NCBI GenBank assembly: GCA_964602985.1
Contig: CAZRTJ010000007.1
Location: forward strand, 15,094 to 79,093
From: an uncultured Bacteroidota bacterium
GTDB taxonomy: Bacteria > CLD3 > SB21
Direction of reading: 5' to 3'
Length of the DNA stretch: 64,000 nt
The position numbers were made by a program, and so were the translations under genes. The notes beneath the pieces are model-generated. The model did not search any database, had not been told where the DNA came from, and saw only the letters and a list, made by a program, of their open reading frames with translations. This document shows, piece by piece, positions 38,629 to 48,393 of this stretch (positions within the stretch are counted from its first letter, which is position 1; each line of letters starts with the position of its first letter).

Positions 38629-39260
38629 GTTGCGATCAGATGCGGGTTGTCATAGGCGGCCGCGATGTCTGCAAAAGAATCTTGGTCCGTCATGTGCTGA
38701 CGAAGTTGCGACGCAAATTCGTCGGTCGTCAGGAGGTAACGCACGTCCGACTCGTGGAATATCGGAACCACAGTCAATTCTCTTTCGGACACCGATGAAA
38801 ACAGGCCCGCAAAGAAGCCAGACATGAGAGCGTTAGTCGCAGGTCTCATCGCGGCATCCATCTGGTCGAACGGAGAGTTCCTCAAATCGACGACGTAATA
38901 CCGATTGGCTTCCGTGATCCGGAACTGACCGAGACCCGAGTAGCTAAAGAAATGATTCAGATGTTCGACAAATTCATCTTTGATAAAATCCTTCAGTCGG
39001 TGGGCGGGGGCTGTGGGAGATAACGCAATTTTCGCTTCGATTCCGGCGGCCATCTGGCGGGCCCAGGAAATTCCAAAATCATAAAACATATCCGCGCCGT
39101 GTTTCGGAAGTCCGGGTATTTCAAGAACGGCCTGAAAGAGACTCGTCAGAAACCCCGGGTCAACCAGCATGGCCCTTTCCGCGAAGCCGGTGAACGCGTT
39201 GTGGATTTCCAGCCGTCCGGTTTCCTCGGCATAGTTTATCCGTTGGAGTGATTCGTGCAC
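38625..39260 (-). CDS. Degenerate V4R-like protein (no Cys)
   Basis: FYDFGISWA, SGLGQF, VDLRNSPF, LMSGFFAGLFS align to the 37183 V4R protein. Confidence 0.7.
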   Translation of the reverse strand: MHESLQRINYAEETGRLEIHNAFTGFAERAMLVDPGFLTSLFQAVLEIPGLPKHGADMFYDFGISWARQMAAGIEAKIALSPTAPAHRLKDFIKDEFVEHLNHFFSYSGLGQFRITEANRYYVVDLRNSPFDQMDAAMRPATNALMSGFFAGLFSSVSERELTVVPIFHESDVRYLLTTDEFASQLRQHMTDQDSFADIAAAYDNPHLIAT

Positions 39261-39327
39261 GGGATTCCTTGTGAATAACCTTCTGAAATCAAACTATTAT
39301 TTTCGAGTGTGTAAATCAAGGTGCGCT

Positions 39328-40218
39328 TCACTCTCCTCGGCGGGATTCACGAAGATAGGCCAGGGCTTCCGTGGGATAGTCCATCGCCTCACTGATCCTG
39401 GCGCGCAAAATCATAACCGGGTTGGCGGGGGACTGCACAGTGGACAAGACGACGGATGCCTCGTCATACAGTTCAAAAGACATCAGCAACCGAGCCTGCA
39501 GGCATCGATAAGCGGCCGAAGTGGTATCGTCCAATAAATCGCGCACGAATCGCTCTTCTCTTTCCAGGGAGTCGAGCTGAGTCGCGGTAAGGACACGAAA
39601 CCAGACGCTGGCGCCCAAGGCGGTCGCGTCAGAATACAACACGTTCCAGTGAAAGACCTGCCCGGGCTGGACGTCGCGCGTAACGCGCGCCAACTCGACT
39701 CGATTGCTTTCCGTCGTGTCGTCCCATCGGAAGTCAGTCTCATAGCATCTCAACGACACATGAAACGGTCGACGCGGCGAGCCGATCCATTCGAGATGGT
39801 CCGGGGAAGTCCGGTACGCGCTGTTGCGGGGCCGGGTGGGTACCAATTGCCTGGCGCTGTCGGATCGGTAACGCAATTGTCCCTCGGCGTCTGGCAGCCA
39901 TCGATCGATCGTCTCAGCCGTCTCCAGAATGCGCACGACACCGGGGTGCGGCCGTAGGCCAGTACGGACGATGCGAACCGATCTCGTGAACTCCTGAATG
40001 TCGCCCCCGATGGTGAGAATGCGGACCAAACACTGCTTCGGAACATACAGACTGTCCTGATCGAACAGCAATGCTCCTTCGACGGCCTTTTCTTTCGCAC
40101 GAGATCGGTGGAGGATCACATTGCCCTTTGCGTCCATGATCAAACCAATGGGCTGAGACTGGCCGTAACCGGATGTCGCAAGAATCGCCCCCAGGATTAC
40201 CACGATCAGAGTGTTCAC
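39328..40218 (-). CDS. Exported hypothetical protein (FecR-like N-terminus, DUF928-like C-terminus, tentative)
   Basis: Signal peptide; AKGNV.L...G.LL...D; P.N..Y.T.P...W, PGQVFHWNV, WFRVL. Confidence 0.55.
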   Translation of the reverse strand: MNTLIVVILGAILATSGYGQSQPIGLIMDAKGNVILHRSRAKEKAVEGALLFDQDSLYVPKQCLVRILTIGGDIQEFTRSVRIVRTGLRPHPGVVRILETAETIDRWLPDAEGQLRYRSDSARQLVPTRPRNSAYRTSPDHLEWIGSPRRPFHVSLRCYETDFRWDDTTESNRVELARVTRDVQPGQVFHWNVLYSDATALGASVWFRVLTATQLDSLEREERFVRDLLDDTTSAAYRCLQARLLMSFELYDEASVVLSTVQSPANPVMILRARISEAMDYPTEALAYLRESRRGE

Positions 40219-40228
40219 AGGTCCCTCC

Positions 40229-41494
40229 TCATTTTTTCTTCAAGATTAGTATCGTAATATCGTCCGATTGCTCGGCGCCATCTACAAAGTCTGTAACCTC
40301 CCTTGACAACCGATCAAGCAGCTCGGAAGCGGTCAGTTGACGATGGGCGATGCAAAAAGCCTCCAGCCGCTCGTCATCGTAAAACTCGTCATCCGGATTG
40401 GCCGCCTCCGTCACTCCGTCGGTAAACATAACAAGGAGATCGTTGGACTGCAGCACCGTCGTCTCTTGTTCGTATGCATCGAATTCGACCATCCCGAGAG
40501 GGATACCTCCCGCCGTCAGTTTGGACATCTTGCCGTCGCGTATCAGCAAGGGCGGATTGTGTCCGGCATTCACGCAGCGCAGTGCGCCCGTCTTCGGATT
40601 CAGGATCGCGAGAAAAAACGTGATGAATTTGTCCTGCGTCGAATTGCGGAGGATGACACGGTTTAGCTTGGCCACGAGATCGGGTAACTGCCATGGACTT
40701 TCCAAATAGGCGTGCATCGCCGCGTGCAGACTGGAGACGAGCAGGGCGCCGGGCACACTCTTGCCGGAGACATCAGCGATGACCAGGGCGACTTCACCCG
40801 AAGGCAATGCGATCGCGTCATAGTAATCTCCGCCGACCTGCCGGCTGGGATCGTTCTTTCCGGCGATTTCATACCCGGGTGGTTGGTCAATCGTCTTGGG
40901 CAGAATCATGCGCTGGATGGTCGAAGCGACTTCGAGTTCCTTTTCGATGCGTTCCTTCTCGAGGGCCTGTTCATGCAACTGCGCATTTTCAACCGCAATG
41001 CACGCGTCCACCGACAGGGTTTCCAGGAACCTCACGTCATCGTCGTCAAAGAGGCCGTTCTTCTTGTTGATGATCTGAAAAACTCCGACCATGCGCGCAT
41101 TCCGATTCTTCATGGGCATGCACAGCATGGTTTTGGTGCGGTATCCGGACTTCCGGTCCACGTCCGGGTTAAATCGACTGTCTTCGTACGCGTCCTCCAG
41201 CATCACGTGCTCACCCGACTGGGCCACGTATCCGGCAATTCCTTGTCCTACGGGCAGTCGGATTTCAACCTTCATGTCTCCCTGCAGAACCTTTGACCAG
41301 ATCTCCTCTCGCTGCGGATCGATCAGATAGACGGTTCCGCGATCTGCGCGGAGATTGGAAACGGCGGTTTCCAAAATGATTTCCAATATTTTGTCCAGAT
41401 TGAGTGTGGAGTTTAGCAGTTTCCCCACCTCCACAACGGCCATCAGGCGAATTGCCTCATCCGTCACTTGCTTGAGTTTTTCAGCCAAGTCCAT
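40229..41494 (-). CDS. GAF + PP2C/SpoIIE (RsbU-like) Ser phosphatase
   Basis: GAF (GYRTKTMLCMPM); VGGDYYD, IADVSGK, NAGHNPP, FTDGVTEA, DDITI. Confidence 0.95.
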   Translation of the reverse strand: MDLAEKLKQVTDEAIRLMAVVEVGKLLNSTLNLDKILEIILETAVSNLRADRGTVYLIDPQREEIWSKVLQGDMKVEIRLPVGQGIAGYVAQSGEHVMLEDAYEDSRFNPDVDRKSGYRTKTMLCMPMKNRNARMVGVFQIINKKNGLFDDDDVRFLETLSVDACIAVENAQLHEQALEKERIEKELEVASTIQRMILPKTIDQPPGYEIAGKNDPSRQVGGDYYDAIALPSGEVALVIADVSGKSVPGALLVSSLHAAMHAYLESPWQLPDLVAKLNRVILRNSTQDKFITFFLAILNPKTGALRCVNAGHNPPLLIRDGKMSKLTAGGIPLGMVEFDAYEQETTVLQSNDLLVMFTDGVTEAANPDDEFYDDERLEAFCIAHRQLTASELLDRLSREVTDFVDGAEQSDDITILILKKK

Positions 41495-42086
41495 TTGCAG
41501 ATTCCAGAAGTTTCATGAGTTGGGAGTGCGGAAATCCTGTTACGGACAGCCCGTCGGGGGCAATGACGATTTCACATTCGGTCGCGTTCTCCACGTCGGA
41601 GTTCTCCGTGGGTCGGTATCGGTCTGTGAGAAAGTGTACCGTCTGGTTGGCCGAGCTGCGCCACAAAGAAGTGATGATCTGATCCTTTCGGAATTCGCCG
41701 TCGACAAGGATATCCAGACAGGACAAGAGCCGGCGATCCCTCTCAGGGCGACGAAGGAGGTCATCGAGAGTGAACCCGGAGAACGCCATGAAAGTCAATC
41801 GGGGGTGGAGAAGCGCCGCGAGTTCTGCCAAGGAGGGTGCTTGAGAAAATGGTTCACCTCCTGTGAATGTCACGCCTTCCAATTGATGCCGGTCGGCGTC
41901 TCCCAGAATGCGCTCTGCCAGCGAATCGATCGCTATGGGATTGGACTTGTCAAAAGGCAGGAAATCAGGATTCCAGCAGGCCGGACATCGTTTCGGACAA
42001 CCTTGGACCCAGATGACCGCTCGTCGTCCGGGCCCATTGACTTCAGAAATAGGTTCATAATGGGCGAGATAAAGGAGAGTATTCAT
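41481..42086 (-). CDS. Radical SAM protein, NrdG/activase-like (4Fe-4S single cluster)
   Basis: NGPGRRAVIWVQGCPKRCPACWN (CxxxCxxC), TFTGGEPF, DILVDG.F, SSANQ. Confidence 0.9.
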   Translation of the reverse strand: MNTLLYLAHYEPISEVNGPGRRAVIWVQGCPKRCPACWNPDFLPFDKSNPIAIDSLAERILGDADRHQLEGVTFTGGEPFSQAPSLAELAALLHPRLTFMAFSGFTLDDLLRRPERDRRLLSCLDILVDGEFRKDQIITSLWRSSANQTVHFLTDRYRPTENSDVENATECEIVIAPDGLSVTGFPHSQLMKLLESANGLG

Positions 42087-42104
42087 CAGATTGTCGCCCC
42101 GGAT

Positions 42105-42599
42105 CTATGCGTCGATTACGCCCCGGCCTGTCTTCTGGATTTTGCCCGCCTTCCGCAGTCTTTCGAAGACGGCGTCGAGTATGCCGTTGATAAACTTTGA
42201 AGATTTCTCCGTACTATAGCGCTTGCTGATCTCAATGACTTCATTGATCGACACTTTCGGCGGGATGTCATCACAATTCAGGAATTCATTGATCCCGATC
42301 CGCATCAGAATGCGGTCAATGAGCGCTATGCGTTCAAAATCCCAATTGTCCGAGTGTTCCCGAATGAGTTCGTCCAAGGCATTCCTCTGGTCGATGACTT
42401 GCCGGACAGACTCTCGAACGAATTCCATGGCGGAATCGGAAAAACGATCGCAAACGTCCTCCGTGATCTGGGAGGGGGTGGCGGCTGTGAATTCGTATGC
42501 ATACAGAATCTGCAAGACCGCCTCCCGGGCTTCTCGCCGGCTATTGCGGGGCGCCGTGGGTTCGGTAGAACGTGTGTCATCGCGCAGAAGTGGATTCAT
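42105..42599 (-). CDS. nusB: Transcription antitermination factor NusB
   Basis: RREAREAVLQILY, NWDFERIALIDRILMR, VSINEVIEISKRY, KFINGILD. Confidence 0.96.
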   Translation of the reverse strand: MNPLLRDDTRSTEPTAPRNSRREAREAVLQILYAYEFTAATPSQITEDVCDRFSDSAMEFVRESVRQVIDQRNALDELIREHSDNWDFERIALIDRILMRIGINEFLNCDDIPPKVSINEVIEISKRYSTEKSSKFINGILDAVFERLRKAGKIQKTGRGVIDA

Positions 42600-42608
42600 G
42601 AATCTTGA

Positions 42609-43715
42609 TTAGAACCCTTCCAGGCGACGCATGATCGTCTCGGGTCGGCTGACGTATCGCTGACGCAGACGGCCTACCTGACGAATGCGTTCCTCGGCAA
42701 TTTTGTTACTCGCCACATGCGTCGGCACTTTCTCCCTGTCCGCATAGTCGAGGATTCCTTTGACAATGTCGAAGATCCCCTTCGCCTGAGACAACGCTTT
42801 CTCCTGATTGTATCCCTCCAGTTCGTTGTACACATTGATCAGGCCGCCCGAATTGATGACATAATCGGGGGCGTAGATGATGCCGCGCTCCATCAACTGC
42901 TGACCGTGTTTGTCTTCGTCCGCGAGTTGGTTGTTGGCCGCTCCGGCGATGATCTTGAACTTGAATTTGCCCAGTGTTTCGTCATTGACGATCGCACCCA
43001 GGGCGCAGGGTGCAAAAATATCTGCATCCACGGAATAGATCTTATCGTCTTCGATGAACTCCGCACCAAATTCCGAGGTCACGCGCTTCACTCGATCGGT
43101 ATCGACATCGTTGACGATCAGCTTGACGCCCTCATCGTGCAGATGACGGACCAGATAATAGCCGACGTGGCCGAGACCCTGCACGGCCACCCGCAATCCC
43201 TTTAACGACTGTGTGCCCGAGAGTTTTTCGACGCAGGCTTTTATCCCGCGGTAAACCCCCAGCGCAGTCACCGGAGAGGGATCACCGCTGCCGCCCAGCG
43301 CTCGTGAAATGCCCGTGACATATCGGGTCTCCATACGGACCCACTCCATATCCGTCACGCTGGTACCGACGTCCTCTGCCGTGATATAGCGCCCGCCAAG
43401 GCCCTGAACAAATCGCCCAAACGAGCGGAACAGAATTTCATTCTTATACTTCTTGGGATCTCCGATAATGACGGATTTACCTCCGCCCAGATTCAAACCG
43501 GCCACGGCCGCCTTGTAAGTCATCCCTCGTGAAAGGCGCAATACATCGTGAAGAGCTTTTTCAGTAGAATCATACGGATACATCCGACATCCCCCCAGCG
43601 CGGGACCCAGCGTACTATCGTGAATGGCGACGATCGCGCGCAACCCGCTGCGCTTGTCGCTGAAGAAGACGACTTCTTCATGCTCTTTTTCTTCCATCAT
43701 TTCAAACGGTTTCAT
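42609..43715 (-). CDS. Leucine dehydrogenase (Glu/Leu/Phe/Val dehydrogenase family)
   Basis: LGPALGGCR, LSRGMTYK, GGGKSVI, ITAEDVG, QGLGHVG, GAANNQL, APDYVINSGG. Confidence 0.93.
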   Translation of the reverse strand: MKPFEMMEEKEHEEVVFFSDKRSGLRAIVAIHDSTLGPALGGCRMYPYDSTEKALHDVLRLSRGMTYKAAVAGLNLGGGKSVIIGDPKKYKNEILFRSFGRFVQGLGGRYITAEDVGTSVTDMEWVRMETRYVTGISRALGGSGDPSPVTALGVYRGIKACVEKLSGTQSLKGLRVAVQGLGHVGYYLVRHLHDEGVKLIVNDVDTDRVKRVTSEFGAEFIEDDKIYSVDADIFAPCALGAIVNDETLGKFKFKIIAGAANNQLADEDKHGQQLMERGIIYAPDYVINSGGLINVYNELEGYNQEKALSQAKGIFDIVKGILDYADREKVPTHVASNKIAEERIRQVGRLRQRYVSRPETIMRRLEGF

Positions 43716-43729
43716 CTGTCGCTCCTGCT

Positions 43730-44878
43730 TTAGGCGTTCAACACACTGCGTGCGATGACCACGCGTTGAATCTCCGACGTTCCTTCATAAATCTCGGTGA
43801 TTTTGGCGTCTCGCATCATTCTTTCGACCGGATATTCCTTGGTATAGCCATATCCTCCATGCAACTGTACGGCCTGGGTCGTGACCCACATGGCTGACTC
43901 TGATGCAAACAGCTTGGCCATTGCGGCTTCCTTGCCGTACGGCTTCTTCTGATCACGCAACCAGCAGGCGCGATGGAGAAGCATCTTCGACGCATCGACG
44001 CGTGTGGCCATGTCCGCGATCTTGAATTCGTTGGCCTGAAATTTTGCAATCGGCTGACCGAATTGCTCTCGTGTCTTCGAGTACTGGATCGCCTGCTCCA
44101 AGGCGCCTTCGGCGATCCCGACCGCCTGAGCGGCAATGCCGATGCGGCCTCCGTCGAGGGTTTCCATCGCGATCTTGAATCCGAGACCTTCCTGGCCCAG
44201 GATGTTCTCTTTGGGAACCATGCAATTTTCAAATACGAGTTCCGTCGTGTCGGAGGCCCGGATGCCAAGCTTGTTTTCCTTCTTGCCGACCTTAAACCCG
44301 GGGAAGGACTTTTCCACAATGAAGGCCGTGATGCCCTTCGTCTTTTGGCTTTTGTCCGTTCGGATGAAACAAACGACGTAATCAGACGAAGCCCCGTTGG
44401 TGACCCACATCTTGGTCCCATTCACCAAGTAGTGGTCACCCTTCTTTTCCGCAAAACACTGAAGGCTCGCGGCATCGCTGCCACTCACGGATTCCGATAG
44501 ACTGTATGCGCCGAGCGCCTTGCCGGTGGCCAGGGGACGCAGGTATTTTTCCTTTTGGGCGTCGGTTCCGTACTTCTCGACGTTAAAACAAACCAGCGAG
44601 TTATTCACACTGCAGATGGTCCCCACAGAGGCGTCCACCTTCGACAATTCCTGGATGACCAGTACGTAAGTCTGTGTATCCAACCCGGCGCCGCCCCATT
44701 TTTCGTCCACCATCATGCCCATGAAACCCAGCTCCCCCAGTTGGGCAACCGCCTCTGTCGGGAAAGCCTGTGCTTCATCGCGCTCCTGTGCATGTGGAGC
44801 CAGGTGTTCCTGCGCAAAATTCCGCGCAGTTTCCTGGATCATGAGTTGCTCTTCCGTTAGAGAAAAATCCATGATCAA
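43730..44878 (-). CDS. Acyl-CoA dehydrogenase (short/branched chain)
   Basis: SE..SGSDAA, NGTKMWVTNG, KENKLGIRAS, LDGGRIGIAAQ, RDAKITEIYEGTSEIQR. Confidence 0.96.
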   Translation of the reverse strand: MIMDFSLTEEQLMIQETARNFAQEHLAPHAQERDEAQAFPTEAVAQLGELGFMGMMVDEKWGGAGLDTQTYVLVIQELSKVDASVGTICSVNNSLVCFNVEKYGTDAQKEKYLRPLATGKALGAYSLSESVSGSDAASLQCFAEKKGDHYLVNGTKMWVTNGASSDYVVCFIRTDKSQKTKGITAFIVEKSFPGFKVGKKENKLGIRASDTTELVFENCMVPKENILGQEGLGFKIAMETLDGGRIGIAAQAVGIAEGALEQAIQYSKTREQFGQPIAKFQANEFKIADMATRVDASKMLLHRACWLRDQKKPYGKEAAMAKLFASESAMWVTTQAVQLHGGYGYTKEYPVERMMRDAKITEIYEGTSEIQRVVIARSVLNA

Positions 44879-45109
44879 GAATCCTTTGTGCTTTATGAAA
44901 AAATCATGATTTCTGAAGGCCGAGCAATATAGTCAGGCACTCCAGAATAATCAAGTTTGCAATCGCCGATTTCGCGCATCCGTGATTTCCAGAGGCAGAG
45001 CGGTCGCGCTCCGGTGTGACATGTCCCCTGGAGACTCCGCTCATACACGCCGGCGAGTCGGGATGGAAATACGCCTTCAGAGGGCCGACGCGGCTTGTCT
45101 AACCCGTTC

Positions 45110-45138
45110 TTGACATTTTTTGGGCCGTTTGATACTTT
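45110..45138 (+). promoter_or_regulatory. Putative sigma70 promoter of the ABC operon
   Basis: TTGACA (45110-15), 17 nt, TACTTT (45133-38) with a TGn extension; AAAGGAG RBS before ATG 45173. Confidence 0.65.
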
Positions 45139-45172
45139 CAGCCCGCTTTTTTTAGAGGGCTAAAGGAGACGT

Positions 45173-46114
45173 ATGATTCGTGTAGAAAATCTCGTCAAGG
45201 ATTACGGAACCGTGCGGGCATTGCACGGGATCAGTTTTGAAGTGGGAGACGGGGAAATCGTTGGCTTCCTCGGACCGAACGGGGCAGGGAAATCCACGAC
45301 CCTGAAGATCGTCACATCGTTCCTGGCTCCTACGTCAGGGAACGTGTATGTCGATGATCTCAACATCCTCGAAGACTCGTTCGAAATCCGGCGACGCATC
45401 GGATACCTGCCGGAGCTAAATCCGCTCTATGCGGAAATGCGGGTGTATGACTATCTGGAATTCGTCGCGGCGACCCGGGAGATTCGCGGAAAGGATTTTC
45501 GCAAGCGACTGGGCGAAGTTATCGACATGTGCGGCCTGAAAGGCGTGGTCCACAAAGGGATCGCCGAGCTGTCCAAAGGCTACCGCCAACGAGTGGGTCT
45601 GGCGCAGGCCATCTTCCACGATCCGGAAATCCTGATCCTGGACGAACCGTCCACCGGACTCGATCCCAATCAGATCGTCGAAATCCGCGAACTGATCAAA
45701 CGCCTCGGCAAGAAGAAAACGCTCATCATGTCCAGCCACATCCTGCAGGAAATCCAAATGACGGCCAATCGAATGATTATTATCAACAAGGGCCAGATCG
45801 TCGCCAACGGAACCACCGAGGAACTCATGAGCAGTTTCCAGGGCAAGACGGTTGTGCACCTGGAATTGCAGAACGCACCCGAAGATGTGGTCCGTTCGAT
45901 GAGCCTGCCCGATGTGCGAATTACAAAAACCGCGGCCGGCGGCGGAGCCGTGAGCGTCAGCCTCGAATTTCCGAACACGGTCGATCGACGCAAGGAAATC
46001 TTCGAATACGCTGTCTCGCAGAAATGGATCATCACGGAAATGACGCGCCATCGAACCAGTCTGGAAGATATCTTCCGAACGCTGACGGTAGAAGGAGAAA
46101 CGACCCATGCATAA
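45173..46114 (+). CDS. ABC transporter ATP-binding protein (GldA-like)
   Basis: GPNGAGKST, LSKGYRQRVGLAQA, LILDEP..GLDP.Q. Confidence 0.95.
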   Translation: MIRVENLVKDYGTVRALHGISFEVGDGEIVGFLGPNGAGKSTTLKIVTSFLAPTSGNVYVDDLNILEDSFEIRRRIGYLPELNPLYAEMRVYDYLEFVAATREIRGKDFRKRLGEVIDMCGLKGVVHKGIAELSKGYRQRVGLAQAIFHDPEILILDEPSTGLDPNQIVEIRELIKRLGKKKTLIMSSHILQEIQMTANRMIIINKGQIVANGTTEELMSSFQGKTVVHLELQNAPEDVVRSMSLPDVRITKTAAGGGAVSVSLEFPNTVDRRKEIFEYAVSQKWIITEMTRHRTSLEDIFRTLTVEGETTHA

Positions 46115-46820
46115 CATCCGACTGATTTATCGCAAGGAAATGTCTGCGTTCTTTCACAGTCCCGTTGCCTACATCGTCTTGTTTGTGTTTGTTTTCATTA
46201 CGGGATGGTTCTTCTCTCAGTTTTTCTTCTTGTCCAATCAGTCCGACCTGCGTTCGTTGTTCGAAGTTGTTCCGTGGGTCCTGATTTTCTTTGTACCCGC
46301 CATTACGATGGGACAGATTGCCCGGGAAAGAGGGGCGGGGACGCTGGAGTTTTTGACCACCCTGCCGGTCACGGATTTGCAAATCGTGCTCGGTAAGTAC
46401 TTGTCCGCTGTCGTGATGATCGGAATTGCCTTTTTGTTCACAGGCATGCATCTGATGACCCTGTTGGCGACGGGAACCAATGTAGACATAGGCGCTACGC
46501 TCGCGGGCTACCTGGGGCTCTTCCTGGCGGCAGCCGTTTACTCGGCCATCGGCGTGTTTGGGTCCTCGATAACAGGCAATCAGATCACAGCTTTTCTGAT
46601 CAGTTTTCTGATCATCGCGATTCTCTGGTTCCTGGAAAAACTGCTTCTGTTCATGCCGGGATTCCTGGTCGGCGTTCTGCAGTACATCAGTATGGATTAC
46701 CATCTGAGCAACATGTCCCGCGGGGTTCTGGATACGCGAAATCTGATTTACTTTGGATCCATGATCGCCTTCTTCCTGCTCCTGAGCACACGAATTCTTG
46801 AAATGAGGAAGTGGAGATAA
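46107..46820 (+). CDS. ABC-2 type permease (GldF-like)
   Basis: FHSPVAYIV, VPAITM..IARERGAGTLEFL.T.P, GKYL; 6 TM segments. Confidence 0.92.
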   Translation: MHNIRLIYRKEMSAFFHSPVAYIVLFVFVFITGWFFSQFFFLSNQSDLRSLFEVVPWVLIFFVPAITMGQIARERGAGTLEFLTTLPVTDLQIVLGKYLSAVVMIGIAFLFTGMHLMTLLATGTNVDIGATLAGYLGLFLAAAVYSAIGVFGSSITGNQITAFLISFLIIAILWFLEKLLLFMPGFLVGVLQYISMDYHLSNMSRGVLDTRNLIYFGSMIAFFLLLSTRILEMRKWR

Positions 46821-46821
46821 C

Positions 46822-48393
46822 ATGCAGATTACAAATAAGAATCAGTTTTTGAACTACCTTCTCCTAGTCGGAGGAATCCTCGTATTGCTCAATCTCGTCG
46901 GCCGGACGAGTTTTCTGCGCTGGGATATTACCGACGGCGGCATTTACAAATTATCCAGTTCCAGTAAGGACGTGATCGGTCATTTGGAGGAATCCCTGAC
47001 GGCGAAGGTGTTTTATTCAGGCGATCTGCCAGGGCCGTACGCCAATTCGCGTCGATACCTGCAGGATCTGTTGGAGGAATTTGAGGCCTATTCCGGCGGG
47101 AAATTCCGATTCGAATTTATCAATCCCGATAAAGATCCAAAGGCCCAGGATCAGGCACGCACCTACAACATCCCTCCGGTCCAATTGCAGGCGCTGGAGA
47201 ACGACAAGATGGAAATCAAGAACGTCTACATGGGCATGGTATTGAACTATCGCGACAAACGCGAGACCCTACCCGTCATCCAGGGCACGCAGGGATTGGA
47301 ATACAACATCACGGCGACCATCAAGAAGGTGACCGCCAGCGGCCTGAAAACCATCGGGCTAATCAGTGAAGAAAACGAGGAGATTTCCACACAAAATCTG
47401 AATCAATTCCTCTCGCAATTATACACCGTGCGGCGTGTGAATCTACACGTCCCTGTCGATCCCCAGGTGCAGGTCCTGTTGATGAATGGCGCGACCGATT
47501 CGATCCGCTCCGAAGGCCTGTATCATCTCGACCAATTTCTCATGCGCGGGGGTAAGCTATTCATTGGTCAGACGACGATCCGGGACATGCTGCAGCAGGG
47601 ATTTGCCCTTCCCATCCAGTCGGATATTTTTTCGTTTCTGGAACACTACGGGGTGCGGGTCGGCACAGACCTGTTGATCGATCGCTCCTGCAGTCAGATC
47701 CAGGTTCAATCCCAGCAGGGCATGTTTGTCTTTCGAAATGCGATCGACTATCCGCCCTTTCCTTTGATCAAGAAATTCAACCGGGAGCACATGATTTCTG
47801 AAAACGCTTCCATAGCGCGGTTGTTTTTTTCCAATGAGCTGACGAAAGCGGAATCTTCGGATCCGGGCATCCTGTTCACGCCGCTGATGTATACATCCAG
47901 TCAGACGGGCATTCTGCAGCCCCAGCAGGGTTCGTTTTACATGATCAATCCATCGCAAAATCCGATGATGCAGGTGTTTCCCTTCCCGTCCAAGGTGGTT
48001 GCCGCAATCGTGGAAGGCAAGGTCAAGAGCTACTTCGAAGCGGACACAGCCTTCAGCAAACGACCCGGCTTCATCTCCTCCTCCCAGTCGTCTTGCGAAT
48101 TCGTCATCGTTGCTGATAATCAATTCTTCAACGACCGCCGTGCAGGAGGGGCGGAGGAGAACGTTAATTTTATTCTGAATGTGGTGGATTATCTTGCGAA
48201 CGATCGTGAATTGATCGCACTGCGAGCGCGGAACATCAAGATCCAACCGCTGGAGAATGTCAGCGACGGCGCGCGGCAGACGTGGAAATGGATCAATGTC
48301 GTGATCCCGGCGGTCCTGGTGTTGGTTCTCGGCGCATGGAATTGGCGTCGACAAAAAGCAAAACGAAAATCTTTGGAAGAAATGTATGGATAA
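46822..48393 (+). CDS. GldG-like ABC auxiliary component
   Basis: RWDIT....YKLS..S, DLLEEF, FEFINPD, LEY.IT..I.K, NFILNVVDYL; N- and C-terminal TM. Confidence 0.88.
   Translation: MQITNKNQFLNYLLLVGGILVLLNLVGRTSFLRWDITDGGIYKLSSSSKDVIGHLEESLTAKVFYSGDLPGPYANSRRYLQDLLEEFEAYSGGKFRFEFINPDKDPKAQDQARTYNIPPVQLQALENDKMEIKNVYMGMVLNYRDKRETLPVIQGTQGLEYNITATIKKVTASGLKTIGLISEENEEISTQNLNQFLSQLYTVRRVNLHVPVDPQVQVLLMNGATDSIRSEGLYHLDQFLMRGGKLFIGQTTIRDMLQQGFALPIQSDIFSFLEHYGVRVGTDLLIDRSCSQIQVQSQQGMFVFRNAIDYPPFPLIKKFNREHMISENASIARLFFSNELTKAESSDPGILFTPLMYTSSQTGILQPQQGSFYMINPSQNPMMQVFPFPSKVVAAIVEGKVKSYFEADTAFSKRPGFISSSQSSCEFVIVADNQFFNDRRAGGAEENVNFILNVVDYLANDRELIALRARNIKIQPLENVSDGARQTWKWINVVIPAVLVLVLGAWNWRRQKAKRKSLEEMYG

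Noticed and set aside
44910-45082. Possible 6S-like ncRNA in the divergent gap (TCTGAAGGC...GCCTTCAGA 9-bp end pairing)
   Set aside because: Pairing does not extend inward and I see no central bubble or recognisable motif; an Infernal/Rfam scan would settle it.
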